The notes below the pieces were generated by a model that saw only the letters and a list, made by a program, of their open reading frames with translations, made no database searches and was not told the origin of the DNA. 64,000 nt of DNA from positions 53,320,001-53,384,000 of the forward strand of contig NC_043008.1 in assembly GCF_006345805.1 (NCBI RefSeq), given 5' to 3'. How positions within the stretch are numbered: the first letter of the stretch is position 1; every line of letters begins with the position of its first letter. The position numbers were made by a program, and so were the translations under genes. Below, piece by piece: positions 27,713 to 42,318 of this stretch. This DNA is from Octopus sinensis. Taxonomy: Eukaryota.

Positions 27713-28639
27713 AGCTAAGTAACGCGCGCTTACATACGTATACGTATAAGCACACATACTTACATACACACATACATGCAAAGGTATACGTATATTTATA
27801 TGTACCCGTACAGATGCACAGACGAACACTCATATACGGGTGTACGCACAAACACACCCACACACACACATACATGCTCGCGTGCGCGCACACACATATG
27901 CGAATGAACTACGTTGCTCCTTGTTAAGCATTTCTCTTGAAATATTAAAAACAGTTGCTCGTATGCAGAATGAAATCCTGGAATTTCTGGCAATCTATCA
28001 ATTAGAATTAATTGTAACAACCGCCGTGCTACCACGTCAAATCAGTTGATTGAATTAGTTCGGTCACTAACCGAAAAACCTAACCAAATATATTGAATTA
28101 TTGCTTACATATATGATTCAACACATCATTCATAGGAAACATATTGAATTAGATAGGCATGTTTAGCTCTTGTTGAGGCCTTGTTGCATAAAATAGAGAG
28201 CGATTAGGCAAACAGAATACAATAGATAATATTATTAATGTTATTGGTTAGTGTCATCGATCTACGAAAGATGAATTAGACGTTATCTGCATGAACTGAC
28301 GTCAGTGCATAAGTACTGATACTGGATAAACACTAAATAAACTAATTAATTCTATGACCGTCTTTAGTGGATTGGTAGAATACTTCGACCGTTGGACAAA
28401 ATGACGAACAACTCTTGGCTGTGGAAGTTCAAATAACATGAAGCATTTCTCATTCGGCTTTGCTTTTTTTATATTTTTCAATATCGATAAAATAGATCAC
28501 CTGTGAAGAACTGCAGGCAATTTAGCCCTATTTTTAACGATATTTCTGTTGAAACGCATTGCCTTTGTTCCAATAAACTGTTTAAAAAAGGAAGAATTTG
28601 GTAAAAATAACTTTATCGTTACTAAGCTGAGTAATACAG

Positions 28640-29765
28640 TGAGGTGGCAGAATCGTTAGGACGCCGGGAAAAATGCTTAGCGATATTTAGTCCGTTTTTA
28701 CATTCAGAGTTCAAATTCTGCCGAGGTCGACTTTGCCTTTCATGCTTTCGGAGTCGATAAATTAAGTACCAGTTACGCACTGGGGTCGATGTAATCGACT
28801 TAATCCGTTTTTCTGTCTTTGTTTGTCCTCTCTGTGTTTAGCCCCTTGTGGGTAGTAAAGAAATAGGTATTTAGCCTCTCTTTACATTCAGAGTTCAAAT
28901 TCCGCCGAGGTCGACTTTGCCTTTCATCCTTTGGTGGGTGGATAAATTAAGCGCTTGTTGATCGCTGGTGGCCTTGCTAGCCCTGTGCTAAGATTTGAAA
29001 CCATTATCAAGATGGTTAATGCAGCAAGTTTTCAAAATCGTTAGCGCGTCGGACAAAATACTTAGCGGCATATCTTACAGCTCTTTACGTACTGATCTCA
29101 AGTCCCGCTTAAAGCAACTGTACTTCTTCTTCCATTCGAGGTCGATAAAATAAAGTACCAAATTCCTTCCCCTCAAAAAATGGACCAGCATTAGAAAGAC
29201 ATATTAAGCTGATTACCATATTTGCTTACAGCATTCCTGTTGAAATACATTGTCTTTGATTCAAATAAGTTTGGAGATGAAAAATTTAGTAAAATATTGT
29301 TATTATTAAAATAAAAGGCGGTGAGCTGGCAGAACCGCTAGCGCGCCTTGCGCCGAGCAAAGTGCTTAGCAGTATTTCGCCCGTCGCTACGTTCTGAGTT
29401 CAAATGTCACCGAGGTCGATTTTGCCTTTAGTCCTTTCGGGGTCGATAAATTAAGTACTAGTGAAACACTGGGGGCGATGTAATCGACTAGCCCCCTTCC
29501 CCAAAATTTCAGGCCTCGTGCCTTTAGAAGAAAGGATTATTAAACTGATGGAAAGCGGCGAGCTGGTAGAATGTTCAGCACGCTGGACGAAATGCTTAGC
29601 GGTATTTCACCTAATCGCTACGTTCTGAGTTCAAATTCCGCCGTGGTCGATTTTGGCTTTCATCCTTTCGGGATTGATAAATGAAGTACCAGTAAAACAC
29701 TGGGGCCAATGTAATCGACTCATCCCCACCCACAAAATGGCTGCCCTTGTGGAAAAATTTGAAGC
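28640..29765 (+). mobile_element. Cluster of about five SINE type B copies
   Basis: Repeated GAGTTCAAAT..GCCGAGGTCGA...GTCGATAAA units near 28640, 28865, 29040, 29317 and 29555. Confidence 0.8.
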
Positions 29766-30130
29766 CATTATTAAGCTGTTGTTTAGTATTTCAATATCAT
29801 GATTTTTCATGGATGGTTTAATTTCAGAAGTCTGTCAAAAAAGAAGTTTGTGTTACAGAACCAGGAGCACCGCAAGATTGTGGTCCTGTGTCTATGTAGG
29901 TTAGATTATGTTAAAGACAAATTAATGAAGTAGGAGATCAGTTCAGCTCGTGGCGAAATTCCTGCTCGATCTATTTGTAAATTTTCTATTCGTCTAAGAT
30001 TTAGTAGAAGAACCATGGGCTTAATCTGACCAGAGGATTGTTGAACAACAACGACAACAACAATAACAACATGCCAACACAAATTATCAAGCGGTGGTGG
30101 GCGAGAAAACAAACGAAAAACAATGCGTAA

Positions 30131-30166
<36 letters not shown>

Positions 30167-30197
30167 ACATACACGTGCACACACACATGTATGTATG

Positions 30198-30232
<35 letters not shown>

Positions 30233-30429
30233 CTAAGAAATTCCAACTCTGTTTTTTATGTTTTATTTATATTCTTTATAATATTAATGTAGAATATATA
30301 GTATAATAATATAGATATAGTAAAATGAAATGAAGTATTGATTGTCTTATTGAATAGATGAAATATCGAATATCAAATATTAAGGGACTAGTATACTTTC
30401 TTGCATTTAAGCAGTTTTCAAGGTCCCTC

Positions 30430-30900
30430 ACAATGTACGCATTACAAAATATCAGTTGAAGATTCTGTAGTCACTTCATCCGGTGAGTATAGAGAAGGTT
30501 CTACATTCTGGGAACTGCTCTATCGATATTTTTGCCGATTGTTACTTGTAACTCCTAACTTATTTCTAAACTCACATGCAGTTCTTCAAAAGCCTTCCAA
30601 CCCTCACAATTACCTCTTTCTTCGTCACAACTACAATACATCGGTAACAAATACCCCTCAGTTTGTCCTCCCAGTTTTAAAGACGTTAAGATGTGATTTG
30701 AACGATATTTTAGTTGATTTCTATATCTAATTCATCTAGCAACACTTGTTTACTAGAAAACATATTCTTCAACATAACCCGGTTCTTTCTTTGTCTCATG
30801 TCCAACAACGAAGCTAAATCATTGCTAAAAAAAATTTTCCATTGAATCATATTCCAGATCATCGATAACGCATTCTGTGCCACATTTAATCTCATTTCTT
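30430..30900 (-). mobile_element. Possible ancient mariner transposase relic
   Basis: Near 30450-30500 the minus strand reads PSLYSPD then, after a shift, SDYRIF, resembling mariner HPPYSPDLAPSDYHLF. The rest is too decayed to align by eye. Confidence 0.35.
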
Positions 30901-31435
30901 TGGTTTATCTATCTCGATATATGTATATTTTTTTCTACGTTTCTCTTCAATTGTCTTCCTATCATCCATCATTTTTTTTTTTATCATTCATTTTTGTTAC
31001 CTTCATTGATTTCCATTTTGTCTTACAAATTTCGTGATGTTTTTAATATATAAATATTCGTTAGAATCAATGAGGAATCACACAAAAAATCGAAACAATA
31101 ACAAATAAATAAATAAATAAAAATTTAAAAAAAAACGAAGAAAAAAAAAAGAGATGTTTCTTACAATGAAAAGGAGAATTATCAACAGCCACCAGCGAAG
31201 TTTGCTTGCAAAAGTAATTATCGCTTAAATATATCGCGGAATATTTTGACTTCACTTTTTGTTAAGTTTTGGTGCAATGTACTATTTATTGTATCGTGAA
31301 TATATATATATATATATATATAATATATAATATATATATATATATATATATTAGCATACATACATGCATATACATAGACATATATATATATATGTATATA
31401 TATGATATATATATATATATATATATGTATTATAG

Positions 31436-31490
<55 letters not shown>

Positions 31491-31662
31491 CGTACATGTA
31501 TATAAATGGATGCACGTATGATATATATGCATATATATACATAAGCACAGATATTTATACACACATATAACGTATGCATAAATATATGTGAATCTATACT
31601 ATATATGTTTGTATATGCATATATATATACACTATTTAACATATGTTTATATATATATATAT

Positions 31663-31704
<42 letters not shown>

Positions 31705-32441
31705 CATATATGTGTGTATTTATCTATATAATTTTTTAATCAATTCACAGTTCACCTCATTCTTTTTCCATTCTCCTATATCTGACCTAAATAAAACCAA
31801 GAACATTTCAACATTTACTCTATGCTCCCCCCGCAGCCCACCACCACCACCACCACATCCACCACCAAACAAAAAAGAAAACTTTGCCTACATTTGGACG
31901 TGGCATCATTAGTAATGTGTAAGAAGAACAAGAAGCAAAATAAAGAAAGATTTTATTTGAAACCTATATTTATAGAGGATCATTATAATTTAAAATAAAA
32001 AATAATCAAGCAAGAATACCGTATTGAGGCATTGATTAATATTTAGTGTAAATCTTTTATTCGTGTGTTCGAGGCAAAAGAAAGAATCTGCAAAACAAAC
32101 TACAAAAATGACGCCATTTTGGAAAGTCAAAAATATATATCCCAATTAGGTTTAGAACAGGAAAAAAATCACGATGAAAAATAAAGACATAACTAAACAA
32201 TGAAAATGCGAATTTCCAAAGCAGTTTATCTGCTGTATTTAATAGTATTTTTTTAACAGCTTATTGGATAATATTTTAGCTTTATATCAAATAATGTCCT
32301 CATGTTTCGCTTTGGGACTTCGTCTTCTGACGGGATCGTAGCGGCGCTGTTGTAATGTACGGTGTATCTTGCTAGTTTTTTTTGAGACCAAATGGGCACC
32401 TTTCCTTCTATAGACTAGACCATACCATATCCAATTCTTCC

Positions 32442-32476
<35 letters not shown>

Positions 32477-32884
32477 AATATATATCATAATGTATGTACG
32501 TATAAAATGTATGCATATGTATAGATAAAAATCAAACCTTGTTGGTGGTGATCAACTAGACTCCAATATAGGACTGGTACTAAATGTATCGACTCCGAAA
32601 AATGCAGAAAGTCGGAACGACCAGGACAAGGCAATTTGTCCGACGCTTCAACGACTCAATGTTCAATATTAAGATGATATATTGCTTCGTTCTTTCACTA
32701 GTGCTCTTATTAACAATAAAGTTAAACGTTATCAAAAATGCTGAAAACACAGAAAAAAGACTTACCATTTATTAACCTGCTTTGGATCTGCCTACTATAA
32801 AGAAGTAGCAACGCCCACCAACATTACCTCATCTTGAAGATGGGACTGTCAAGGTATAGAAATGATGAAGACAGGCTTCAGAAC

Positions 32885-33595
32885 TTTATGGTACGAAAGA
32901 TACAGCGGCGAGCACTGGCGTAGCTAGAGCGTGTGCAACTCGGCATGGCTGTTCATTTTGCCGCTCACGGCCGCCCACGAAAAATACATATTACATAGAT
33001 TCAAGAGTGGTGCCCCCCTCACAAAAGTGCTTTGAGGGGTGGTGTCCCCCCGCCCCCTCTAGCTACGGTAGTGGCGACGAGGAACTCAAACGGAAATATG
33101 AAGAAAAACACCACTAGTGAGAAACAAGAGCAGAACAATGTTTTACTAAAAAGCTGCATACATATGCATATATACATATATGTATATATATATATATATA
33201 TTATATAAATATATATTATATATATATATATTGTTATATTTCGGAATGGTCATTTTGCCAGTTTAGCCAATAAACACACGCACTATATATTTGGTGTTAC
33301 TTTGCTTCAGTGTTATTACTTTTTACATTAATCTTAATCTTATTTCGGACAGAGTTCTTTCGTCACACTCCTATGACCGCATCAGTGGTCCTTTGTTTTC
33401 TTCTTTCTTATTTGTGTCTCTCCTTACTAACCGTCAGCCATTTTGTATTTCTATTGTATGTCTACTCTTGGGTCTACTGTAGGTAATATATATTTTTCGT
33501 GGGCGGCCGTGAGCGGCAAAATGAACGGCCGTACCGAGTTGCACACGCCCTAGCTACTCCAGTGCTCGCCGCTGTATCTTTTGTACCATAAATAT
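32885..33595. mobile_element. Inverted pair of a GC-rich element around (TA)n, with a hammerhead in the right-hand unit
   Basis: 32885-33010 is the reverse complement of about 33465-33592 (e.g. CATTTTGCCGCTCACGGCCGCCCACGAAAAAT). Hammerhead at 33347-33391. Confidence 0.65.
33347..33391 (-). ncRNA. Hammerhead motif (decayed)
   Basis: Minus strand GGACCA-CTGATGC-gGTCA(taggagtg)TGAC-GAAA-G(AA)CTC-TGTCC. A9>C change, stem III one change away from the palindrome AGTACT, stem I with one bulge. Confidence 0.6.
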
Positions 33596-33936
33596 ATATA
33601 CTTGAAGGATAAAAGCACGTTATGATTATATCAAATAAGCAGCATGAAGTAACACCTGTAGGTAATTTATATATTAAATTAATAATTATAAGCAATTATA
33701 TATATATATATATACATATATATATTATATATATATATATATATTATATAAATATATATTATATAGATATATATATATATATATATGTATTTATGTACTT
33801 GTATAGGTGTTATATATTTGATTATGTATGTATATATGCATGTATATGTGGATTATATTTTATATATATATATATAGCTTAAAATTGTACGTGAATCTTG
33901 TTTCAAGTATATATTTATATTTTGAAAGTACTTTAT

Positions 33937-34062
33937 AATCTCTGACGAGGCCTATGGATATATATATGTACCTTATTTTTAACTGCCTACTACCTCAATA
34001 TAATTGACAAGTATAGACACAAAGTTACTTTTTTCCATAGGCTGAAAGAGCTGTAAGTGATT
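33937..34062 (+). ncRNA. Hammerhead motif with long stem II insertion (decayed)
   Basis: CTGACGA (33942-33948), then GGCCTATGGA ...~75 nt... TCCATAGGCT, GAAA (34044-34047), gAGCT-GTA. Stem II is 10 bp; the stem III CAGCTG palindrome carries one substitution. Confidence 0.7.
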
Positions 34063-34775
34063 TTAATTATTCTAGCAATTTATATTGATGTTTTTTTTTA
34101 ATAACTACTTGTATTCTTATCTTAAATGTATTGAATTTTATACTGTATATATGTATGTTATTATGGTTGTATTTTTGATAATTAGATAAGTCAACATTCT
34201 AATATTTTAATATCCTAAAGCTGATAAACCAAATAATGTGTTTCTCCATTTTCTTATTTGTATATATATATATAATATATATATATATATATAATTATAT
34301 TAAGGACCAGGATAAAAAAAAAATTTCCCCTAAAATGCTGGAATTAAACGCCAAAGGCAATAAGAAACTGCCGCATATCTAAAAAAAAGAAAACAGGTTG
34401 TAATCGGACAAATGAAAAGATACTAAAGAAAGCTACACAGACAATTGTGGATTAAACCCATAAAAAAGCTTTTTTTTCATCGTCAGTACAACATACTGGA
34501 ATGTAAACATAAATACTTATACATACCCGTACAAAACGAATTTGCACGTCTACATAGACATATTTGCACGTATAGACCAGAAGAAGTCAGATTTATACTT
34601 TCTCATCTCAACCATGCGATTTTTGTATCAGGAGTAATAATGTTTTTGGGAGTAATTTGGCAGTTTCTTAATGCCTTTGACTTTTGACTTCTATTTCCAT
34701 CATTCAGGAGAAGGGTCTTTTTTATTCTGATCCCTTAATATAATCATATATATATATATATATATATATATGTAT

Positions 34776-35110
34776 AGTTCAGTCCCACAGCGTGGCACCT
34801 TGGGGAAGTGTCTTCTACTATAGCCTCGGGCCGACCAAAGCCTTGTGAGTGGATTTGGTAGACGGAAACTGAAAAGAAGCCCGTCGTATATATGTATATA
34901 TATATATATGCCTGTGTGTGTTTGTGTGTCTGTATTTGTCCCCTAGCATTGCTTGACAACTGATGCTGGTGTGTTTATGTCCCCGTTACTTAGCGGTTCG
35001 GCAAAAGAGACCGATAGAATAAGTACTGGGCTTACAAAAGAATAAGTCCCGATTTTAAAGGCGGTGCTCCAGCTTGGCCGCAGTCAAATGACTGAAACAA
35101 GTAAAAGAGT
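34776..35110 (+). mobile_element. SINE type A, 5'-truncated; other partial copies at 20144-20300, 39265-39400, 42122-42262, 42594-43030
   Basis: Similarity to the 40939 copy. Confidence 0.8.
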
Positions 35111-35338
35111 ATAAAAGAGTAATATATATATGTTTATATATAAAATGTTGAAATTATACAAAATGTATAATAGATGATGAGTAAAGAACCGGCAGAGTTT
35201 CGAATACCTGTTGTCATGTGTAGTGTTATTGCAGGAACTTCGTAGTAGCGGTTGGGGTAACAGTATTACACATTCCATCTTCTATTTTATTAATTTAGTA
35301 TATATGTGTGTGTCTGTGTGTGTATGCTATATATGTAC

Positions 35339-35381
<43 letters not shown>

Positions 35382-35502
35382 CATCTTATAATTAAGGGCT
35401 AAAGAAGGTTATTCTAAAGCCAATACACTGATTTATTCACTTATAATCCACTTTATATATATATATATCATATACATGTATGTATGTATGTATGTATGTA
35501 TG

Positions 35503-35536
<34 letters not shown>

Positions 35537-35538
35537 TG

Positions 35539-35578
<40 letters not shown>

Positions 35579-36096
35579 TATATATATATATATATATATA
35601 CATACATATATACATGTTGTTATATTATATATGTATAGTGCATTTGACTGGCTCCCGTACCGGTGGTACGTAAAAATCACCATCCGACCGTGGTGGATGC
35701 CACCCATCTCTGACCCCTGTGCCAGTGGAGCACGTAAAGAAAGCACCCCTTACGCTCTCAGAATGGTAGGCATTAGGAAGGGCATCAGGCTATAGAAACA
35801 CTACCAGATCAGACTGGAGCCTGGTGCAGCCTCCTGGCTTCCCAGACCCCAGTTGACCTATCTAACCCATGCCAACATGGAAAATGGAATTAAACGATGA
35901 TGATGATGATGTATATATACACATATGTATATATACATATATATATATTCGTTTATTTTTTTATTCCTTTATATGTTTCAGCCTTGAGGCTGCGGCCATG
36001 CGGGGCACCGCCATTGTATAATATATATATATTTATAATATATATGTATGTGTATATGTATATGTGTGTATATCTGCACAGCTATGCATGTATACA

Positions 36097-36140
<44 letters not shown>

Positions 36141-36286
36141 CACATACATGCATGTATTTGCATACATACAACTTTATAATGATATATTAAAATATATATG
36201 TACGTATATAATATAAATATATGCACATATATATGTATATATGTATGTATGCATGTATGTATGTATGATCTCTTCTCTCTCTATAT

Positions 36287-36339
<53 letters not shown>

Positions 36340-36364
36340 CATATCTATAGATATATATCTATAT

Positions 36365-36442
<78 letters not shown>

Positions 36443-37519
36443 AGACAAATTGAGTGAATATATCAAAATATATGAAAGTAGCGACATCGCTAAATCTCTT
36501 GGAATATTGATGCGTGATTACTTTTCCTTTTATTGAATAACATTTATAGAATTCTCGTTTTCTTGATCGAATGTCTTTCGCTTGTATTATTGGCATGTGG
36601 CAAATAGCTATTGAATTGTGAACAATTGCTAACATGTTGTTGAAATAATTAGATCTATGCGTCGAATTACTGTAATGCATTTCTCGCCAAGGAAAAGGAC
36701 ACACACAGCACGTAATGGATTACCACGTGTTAGATGCTCGCGAACATTACATCGATATCATTTCTAAAGAAGCGGAAGGGTGGCGAAATGTTAATCTGTC
36801 ATGGTTAGCTTTTGCTAATAGATCGATTTCGATCACGGAGGTTTGCATCATGGATTTCATCTCGTTTCAAAGTAATAAGCAAATGGAAAAGTTTAAAAGT
36901 CTTTCGGGGGAATTCGTAACCTTTGCTCGGTTCCGTATTAAACCTGCTTGTTGCATTGTGACTTTCTCTACATCTCCATATCTGATTCCGTATCCATCTA
37001 TATCTCATTTGAGACGTCATCTCGTCTCATTCTCATTTCACCTCCTGTCCAGTTGACGATTTAAATTATTCACAACATTATACGATGACTATATCTACAT
37101 AATTGATTTAGGTTTGCGCTGTTGATGGCTATAAGTAATAAGAACAATAATAATCACTGCAAAGTGTATTTGAATGTCAGCTTGTCAAATAATAATTTAT
37201 ATTTGCGCCTTGTTCTATCAATATTTCTAAGTAGATGTATATATGTCGCGCAAAGCTTATTGGCTTCTGTTGACAAATTCTATAAAACACTAAGTATAAG
37301 TATGGCAATTCAGTCCTCTCGTGACATTGGAAGTCATTTCTAATAACAGGTGTAGAATACAAAGTCAATAAAGCTATCTGTACAGGTTTTAGTCTTCCGA
37401 ATCAACGCATTAATCCAATAATCAGAATTCAATTTTGTCCACATATTTATATGAACGCAAACATATGCTCACATAGATACATATATACACGTCTGTTTGT
37501 CTATCTATCTATCTGTCTT

Positions 37520-37635
<116 letters not shown>

Positions 37636-38429
37636 CATCCCAAGGTAAAATATACTTGTCCAAGATGCCACGTAATAGGACTAAATTCGGAACCATATGC
37701 ACGGGTTCGTGCGGGCGCATGTGTGCCTGTGTGTATGTACGTACACTTTTATCTAATAATAATTCTGCTTGTCACTCCGTTACTTAGCCCATCCGGAGCG
37801 CTATCATGAGATCAGTCGAAGGGGGAGGAGAGGTGGAGGGAGAGGTGGAGGGAGAGGTGGAGGTGAAATGTGTAATTTTTTTTTGAACTACGTTTTTTCT
37901 TCCGTTACTTAGCCCGTCTGGATCGCTATCACGTGATTAGTTGAAGGGACAGGCAAAACGTGAATAAAAAAAAAGAGAGAAAAAGAGGGTAAGGCGCAGA
38001 ATGAGAGAGAAGGATGCAGAGTGCTATGTATTAAGTCTATTAAAATCTGCATAAAGTATATAAAATGTATATATGAAGTGCATTAAGTAATCATCGTATT
38101 CCAATTTCCTTCATTTTTCAATGAATAGCAGATGAGCGACTATCTTTTGATACAGACACAACACATGTTTGATGCATTAACCTGAACAACATTAAATATC
38201 TTTCTGAGAGATTTATGCAGTGGGGAATAAAACATCGTTAAATCATTTATAAATGTTATTTTAATCAGGTAAAAACGTAATTTGATCGAATCAGTTCTCC
38301 CCAGTTGAAGCATTTACACATACTAGCGGGACACGTAAATATTTCACGGAATTAATAGTAAACCTATTGGGTTATTTCTGAAAACTTTATCCAAGAGAAC
38401 TGAAAGCTTAACCTGTGTTGTGTCTGTAA

Positions 38430-38975
38430 GTAATAGGTACTTATTTAATCGACCCCGAAAGGGTGAAAAGCAAAGTCAACCTCGGCGGAATTTGAACTCA
38501 GAACGTAGCGTCAGACGAAATACCTATTTCTTTACTACCCACAAGGGGCTAAACACGGAGAGGACAAACAAGGACAAACGGATTAAGTCGATTATATCGA
38601 CCCCAGTAACAGGCGGCGAGCAGGCAGAAATGTTAGCACGCCGGGCGAAATGCTTAGCGGTATTTCGTCTGTCGTTACGTTGTGAGTTCAAATTCCGCCG
38701 AGGTCGACTTTGCCTTTCATCCTTTCGGGGTCGATAAATTAAGTACCAGTTACGCACTGGGGTCGATGTAATCGACTTAATACCTGTGTCTGTCCTTGTT
38801 TGTCCCCTCTGTGTTTAGCCCCTTGTGGGTAATAAAGAAATAGGTATTTAATCGACCCCGAAAGGATGAAAGGCAACGTTGGCCTCGGCGGAATTCGAAC
38901 TCTGAACGTAAGGACGGACGAAATACGGCGACGCATTTCGCCCGGCGTGCTAACGTTTCTGCCAGCTCGCCGCCT
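38430..38975. mobile_element. Nested SINE type B copies in both orientations
   Basis: A plus-strand copy at 38611-38845 sits inside minus-strand copies (38430-38608, 38846-38975). Confidence 0.85.
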
Positions 38976-39764
38976 TCATGTGTGTGTGTGTAAATATAAA
39001 ATGCAAGGATCTAAGGGTAGAAAGTTTGTAAGCCTCGATGAGTCCGTGGTAGGTATAAAAAATGACGTCCAGGACGAATAATATTTTATTGCCGTCGAAG
39101 TTCGATAACCTGAAAAGATTTTTTATAGCGAAAGAATTCGATCAAGAACCTGAGAATTCTATAAATGTTTTTCAATAAAAGAAATTTTTTTATAGCGCAC
39201 AGCTAGCAATTTGATTTGCTAGGAATGCTATGAATGTGTTTGCTCCCAAACAATCATTTGTTGGTGAAAGACACCGATAGAATAAGTACAAGGCTTTACA
39301 AAAAATAACCCCGAAAATAATTAGTACTGGGCTCGATTCGTTCAACTAAAATTCTTCAAGGAGGTGCCCTAGCTTGGCCACAGTTAACTGAAAACAAGTA
39401 AAGCATAATTATTTATATATTTAATAATTCTGCTCAGCGATTTCAAGACCAATAATCAGTTGTTAGCAACTCTGCATTAACCATTAAGCTAAATAAGCAC
39501 TTGCTTAGGACATCAAGGGAAGCAGGGGGCACCACAGAAATGGTAAATGGTTTACGGCACAAGAGAAATCACTTTAAACTTGCTAAAATAATATTCGGGA
39601 TGTCTTTATCTCTACTAAGTATAGATGAAGATGTGTTACCTAACATCTACGCCACGCACCTTCACTAGTAAGTGATTACAGAGCATAATTAATAAATGAA
39701 TGATAAAACAACGGGAGCTACGGAATCATATTCATTAGCATGGAGCTGTTAGTATGACAAGTTG

Positions 39765-39847
39765 TAGCTCTAATGAAGCTACAAAATGTCGTACAGGCAA
39801 GCATCTCTAGATGCACAGTTACCTATAGCCGAAACAGCTATAAGCTA
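39765..39847 (+). ncRNA. Hammerhead motif with long stem II loop (decayed)
   Basis: TAGCT-CTAATGA-aGCTA...TAGCc-GAAA-CAGCT-ATA-AGCTA. Perfect 5-bp stem I; apparent G>A changes in the core, stem II and the cleavage triplet. Confidence 0.65.
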
Positions 39848-40148
39848 ATGGATGTCATTACATTTTTACCTTAATATAACTAAAATTATTGAACATGCGA
39901 CCATAATGACCACAAAGTGTTTTGTTTTCGTTTTGTACACGTTTCCACCTTACATTAATAGTTCCGTTTTGTTTTATATTATTTCCAATTTCACTTATTA
40001 TTGTCGTAATTACAGTTAATGTGATAATTAATTAATCCATTTTAAATATGTTTGCTAACGTGCATAAAACTCTGCCACGCCTGTCCTTTCTAATCAATTT
40101 ATGTTAGAGATTACACTTGATAAATTGATGTGTTTATAGGTTAATAGC

Positions 40149-40675
<527 letters not shown>

Positions 40676-40938
40676 TTGTTTTATTTGACATTTATTACTA
40701 GTTATGTTATATAATGAATAAAACAATTCACTGAATAATGTTAGTTCAATATTTTTCTCCTGTGAAACAGAAAGTTATCAATCTGTGGTTGAACAGCGTA
40801 AAAAAAAACAAGAAAAAAAGAAAAGAAACGTGGGAAAGACTTGACCTTTCAATTTAGAAAACGATTGAAAATAACAAATGTATGAAAAAATAAATCGATT
40901 AAAAGGGGAAAAAAAATGAAGAAAAGAAAAATTAAAAA

Positions 40939-41340
40939 GGCGCAGGAGTGGCTGTGTGGTAAGTAGCTTGCTTACCAACCATATGGTTCCAGGTTCAGTA
41001 CCACTGCGTTGCACCTTCGGCAAGTGTTTTCTACTATAGCCTCGGGCCGACCAAACCCTTGTGAGTGGATTTGGTAGACGGAAACAGAAAGAAGCCCGTC
41101 GTATATATGTATATGTATATATATGTGTGTGTGTGTTTGTGCGGCTGTGCTTGTCCCCCCAACATCGCTTGACAACCGATGCTGGTGCGTTTACGTCCTC
41201 GTAACTTAGCGGTTCGGCAAAAGAGACCGATAGAATAGGCACTAGGCTTACAAAGAATAAGTCCTGGGGTCGATTTGCTCGACTAAAGGCGGTGCTCCAG
41301 CATGGCCGCAGTCAAATGACTGAAACAAGTAAAAGAGTTA
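40939..41340 (+). mobile_element. SINE type A, full length
   Basis: Head to tail, ending GCAGTCAAATGACTGAAACAAGTAAAAGAG. Confidence 0.9.
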
Positions 41341-42268
41341 AAGAGAGAGAGTAAAGAGTATAAAAGATTAAATTATCGAAATAAGAAGAAAAAACCCCAC
41401 ATAGAATTACCTCAATAAGAAAATAAAGAAGAAGAAAATGAAAGATTGCACGGTGGGGGTGGGGAATAACAGGTTGTACACCACAATCTGAATGGTGTGT
41501 TCAGCGTGCCTCGGGGACATAAATGCAAAGGTGTTGCCGCGGAGACTGGCCATCGGCACACACTGCAAGTCACTCAACCTTATGGGTCTCATTTCTCAGA
41601 TGAGTTTATTTCACATCCTGATTGTACGGAGGAAATTTGCAGTGCGGGATCTGAGAACCCCTTTAGGGTTTCGACGGGCGACCGGTACGAACTGATAGTG
41701 GCCGGTCAAACACCGGTATCTGACTGTCTTCTTCTTCTTCTCTTCTTCTTCTTCTTCTTCTTCTTCTTCTTCTCCTCTGCATTACGGGTGACGAGAGCTG
41801 GGTTTGCGCCCGATGCAGCAAGGTTGGAGATGAAGAACATGTAGCATGTTGAATCTCACATTAGGGATTATTCACTCAAAATTTGTTGCCTTCCAGTTTT
41901 ATATTAGACATCGCCATTTTATGTTATGTCATACTATATAATCTCTCATTCCTTTGATTCGCATGTAACTGCTGCTGATGATGATGAGGCAGTGGAGGTG
42001 GAGGTTGTGGTGGCGGCGGCGATGCTGGTTGGAATTGGTGGCCATGATGATGACGGTGGTGGTGGTGGTGGTGGTGCCGGCACGGGCGGCGATGATGGTG
42101 GAATTGGTGGTGATAATGGCGGTGGTAGCTTGCCTCCCAACCACGCGGTTCTAGGTTCAGTCTCACTGTGTGGCACGTTGGAAAAGTGTCATCTACTATA
42201 GCCTCGGGCCGACCAAAGCCTTGTGAGCGGATTCGGTAGATGGAAACTGAAACAAGCCTCTGTATATA

Positions 42269-42318
<50 letters not shown>

